Source: an uncultured delta proteobacterium
Lineage (GTDB): Bacteria; Myxococcota_A; Polyangia; Polyangiales; Polyangiaceae
DNA: 64,000 nucleotides
NCBI GenBank assembly: GCA_963806225.1
Contig: CAWDXG010000004.1
Coordinates: 4,960,001 to 5,024,000, forward strand
Direction of reading: 5' to 3'
The notes beneath the pieces are model-generated. The model was not told the DNA's origin. It did not search any database and worked only from the letters and a program-made list of their open reading frames with translations. Positions 61,747 through 64,000 of the stretch are shown in pieces. Numbering within the stretch: the first letter of the stretch is position 1; each line of letters begins with the position of its first letter. The position numbers and the translations under genes were made by a program.

Positions 61747-62817
61747 GTGAGCACGAACCTCACCAAGCGCGGCCGCTCTGTCCTGTACGCGGTCGTCAAC
61801 GAGTTCATCGCCACCGGCGAGCCGGTGGGCAGCCGCACGCTGGCGAAGAAATACGGCTTCGATCTGTCAGCGGCGACCATCCGCAACGTGCTCGCGGACC
61901 TGGAGGACGCGGGGTACCTGACCCAGCCGCACACCTCGGCCGGTCGCGTGCCTACCGAAAAGGCCTTCCGCCTGTTTATCGACGCGCTTATGCGGGTGCG
62001 CCAGCTGTCGGCAGAAGAGGCCACGAAGATCGCGGAGTGGTTCGAGGATCTCCGGCCTGGGGCCGACCTGCTGCGCGAGACGGGACGGCTGCTTTCGGAT
62101 CTGACCGGAGCGGCGGCGGTGCTGGTACGGCCGCGCGTCGAGACGCGCACGCTCATGAAGGTGCGCTTCATCCCCACGCGGCCCGGAGAGCTCCTGAGCG
62201 TGATCGTGCTGTCGGACGGTACGGTCGAAAATCGCTTCCTCAAAGTCGACACGCCGCTCGGCGAGAGCGACCTGGTGCGGCTGCACAACATGCTGGAGGA
62301 GGTCATCGAGGGGCGCACGCTGGGTGCGGTGCGCGACTTCTTCGCGCGCGCGGCCGACGAGCATCGCGGCGAGCTCGAGGCGCTGCGCGAGCTCGGCCTG
62401 TCGCTGGTCAGCCAGGCTATCGAAGGCGCGGACCGCCGCGCGGATATCCTCATCGAAGGCCAGGCGCGGCTGTTCGAGCAGGGGTTTGCCAGCACGGAGC
62501 ACATGGGTGAGCTGCTCCGCGCGCTCGAGGATCGCGAGCGGCTCGTGTCGCTGCTCGATCGCATCCTGGCGGCGCAGCGCGTGCAGGTGTTCCTGGGCGA
62601 GGAAACGAGCGACGCCGTCGGCTACCCCGTGAGCCTGGTGGCCGCCCCCTATGCCGAGGCAGAAGGCCGGCCGGGCGGCGCCGTGGGCATCATCGGACCG
62701 ACCCGCATGGACTACGCGACGGTCGTACCGCTGGTTGGCGCGACCGCGGACGCGATGAGCGCGGCGCTTGCGCGCAGCCGCGGCGGCGCGGGCAAGCCCG
62801 GCGGCGACGGCGACTAG
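61747..62817 (+). CDS. hrcA: Heat-inducible transcription repressor HrcA
   Basis: GEPVGS, SAATIRN, QPHTSAGRVPT and IGPTRMDY motifs. Confidence 0.96.
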   Translation: MSTNLTKRGRSVLYAVVNEFIATGEPVGSRTLAKKYGFDLSAATIRNVLADLEDAGYLTQPHTSAGRVPTEKAFRLFIDALMRVRQLSAEEATKIAEWFEDLRPGADLLRETGRLLSDLTGAAAVLVRPRVETRTLMKVRFIPTRPGELLSVIVLSDGTVENRFLKVDTPLGESDLVRLHNMLEEVIEGRTLGAVRDFFARAADEHRGELEALRELGLSLVSQAIEGADRRADILIEGQARLFEQGFASTEHMGELLRALEDRERLVSLLDRILAAQRVQVFLGEETSDAVGYPVSLVAAPYAEAEGRPGGAVGIIGPTRMDYATVVPLVGATADAMSAALARSRGGAGKPGGDGD

Positions 62818-62865
62818 CCCGCGGCTCCGCTGGCCTCTCGCCGATCCGTGATACTCTGCGCCGGC

Positions 62866-64000
62866 ATGGCCACCGCGCCCCCCGACTTTCCCGGCACGAC
62901 TGCAGACAGTCCCATCGACCGGGCCCTGGCGCTCGCTCTGGCCGACGAGCTCGACGCATCGCTGCGCTGGGCGACGGCCCTGGTCAAGAGCGAGCCCGCG
63001 AGCCCCATCGCGCTGCTCATCACCTCGCGCTTGCTGGCGGCGCAGGGGCAACGCGAGATCGCGGCGGACGGCCTCGATGCCTGTGTGATCCGCGCCATCG
63101 ACACCGGCAACCTGCCGCTCGCCGTCGCGGCGTGCAGCGATCTGCGTTCGCTTGGTGCGGACAACTCGTCGCGGCTCGACGACATCGCAGCGACCTTCGC
63201 GGCCGGTTCGCCGCGGCTCCTGTCGCGCGGGGCGACGCCTCCGGAGCTCCCCGGCCAGGCGCGCGAGGATTTCCAGCCGCTTCCGGCTGTTCTGGCCGGC
63301 AAGGCGCTGCTGTCCAAGGCCCAGGAAGCGCTAGAGGAGGCCCGCCAGCTGCTCGACGACGACCTGGCGGCGCGCAAGGAGGCCCCCAAGGTGGTGCCCG
63401 AGCCGCTGTTCTCGGCTCTGGATCGCGATGCACTGAGATCGATGATCGGCATCTTCGATACGATCAGCGTCCCGAACGGCACGGTGCTGATCGAGGAGGG
63501 GACGAGCGGTGCGGAGGCGTACATCGTCGCGCGCGGCGAGCTGGAGGTGCGCCGCAAGGCGACGGACGACGACAAGGAGTCCGGCGAGATCCTGCTCGCG
63601 CATCTCGGCGCGGGCGCGCTGTTCGGGGAAATGGCGCTCTTGTCGCGCTCGGCCCGCGCGGCGAGCGTCGTGGCGTGCCGACCGAGCATCATCCTCGTGG
63701 CGCGCAAGGAAGCGCTGGACGAAGTGGCCGCTCGCCAGCCCCGCGTCGGCACGGAGTTCGCCGATCACTGCCGCCGGCGCATGGTCGAGAACCTGGTGCG
63801 CACGAGCACGATCCTGAGCGCAGTCAAAGCCAAGGAGCGCCCGGCGCTGGTCGAGCGCTTTGTGACGCGCACCTTCGAGGAGAGCGAGCGGTTGATCGAG
63901 CAGGGGCAGGAATCCGACGGGTTGTATCTGGTGGCGTCGGGCGAGGTCGCCGTGGTGGTGCGTGACGGCGACGAGAGCACGGTGATCGCCAAGCTCGGCG
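62866..64000 (+). CDS. Cyclic-nucleotide-binding domain protein (helical N-terminus, tandem cNMP domains), cut off by the window end
   Basis: Open frame from ATG 62866; LIEEG..AYIVARGEL..GALFGEMALL...RAASV; second domain LIEQG..GLYLVASGEV. Confidence 0.85.
   Translation, partial: MATAPPDFPGTTADSPIDRALALALADELDASLRWATALVKSEPASPIALLITSRLLAAQGQREIAADGLDACVIRAIDTGNLPLAVAACSDLRSLGADNSSRLDDIAATFAAGSPRLLSRGATPPELPGQAREDFQPLPAVLAGKALLSKAQEALEEARQLLDDDLAARKEAPKVVPEPLFSALDRDALRSMIGIFDTISVPNGTVLIEEGTSGAEAYIVARGELEVRRKATDDDKESGEILLAHLGAGALFGEMALLSRSARAASVVACRPSIILVARKEALDEVAARQPRVGTEFADHCRRRMVENLVRTSTILSAVKAKERPALVERFVTRTFEESERLIEQGQESDGLYLVASGEVAVVVRDGDESTVIAKLG

Overview
A very GC-rich (roughly 70% by eye), gene-dense 64 kb chromosomal segment, most consistent with a Myxococcota (Polyangiales-like) genome. 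The evidence is romR next to valS, MYXO-CTERM proteins, many Gly-linker and Cys-rich lipoproteins, and two sigma54 activators. Recognisable genes include cobA/hemD, tldD/tldE, amt, darP(yjgA), valS, romR, hrcA, a heterodimeric ABC exporter, several enzymes and a PemK/MazF toxin-antitoxin pair. No rRNA, tRNA, CRISPR array, IS element or prophage was seen. Five otherwise intact genes are split by single-base indels, probably long-read errors. The best candidate for an undescribed system is a 70-aa peptide gene (2234-2446) with an uncharged C-terminal segment, directly upstream of a B12-dependent radical SAM enzyme and an overlapping DUF2378-like gene, which suggests a possible RiPP or peptide-modification locus. 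Other leads: a sigma54/GAF/metallo-hydrolase/hemerythrin module, an unannotated 39-aa membrane peptide behind a perfect hairpin, structured leaders upstream of a SpoIID gene and amt, and an internally deleted photolyase relic. All family assignments come from reading motifs, not from database searches.
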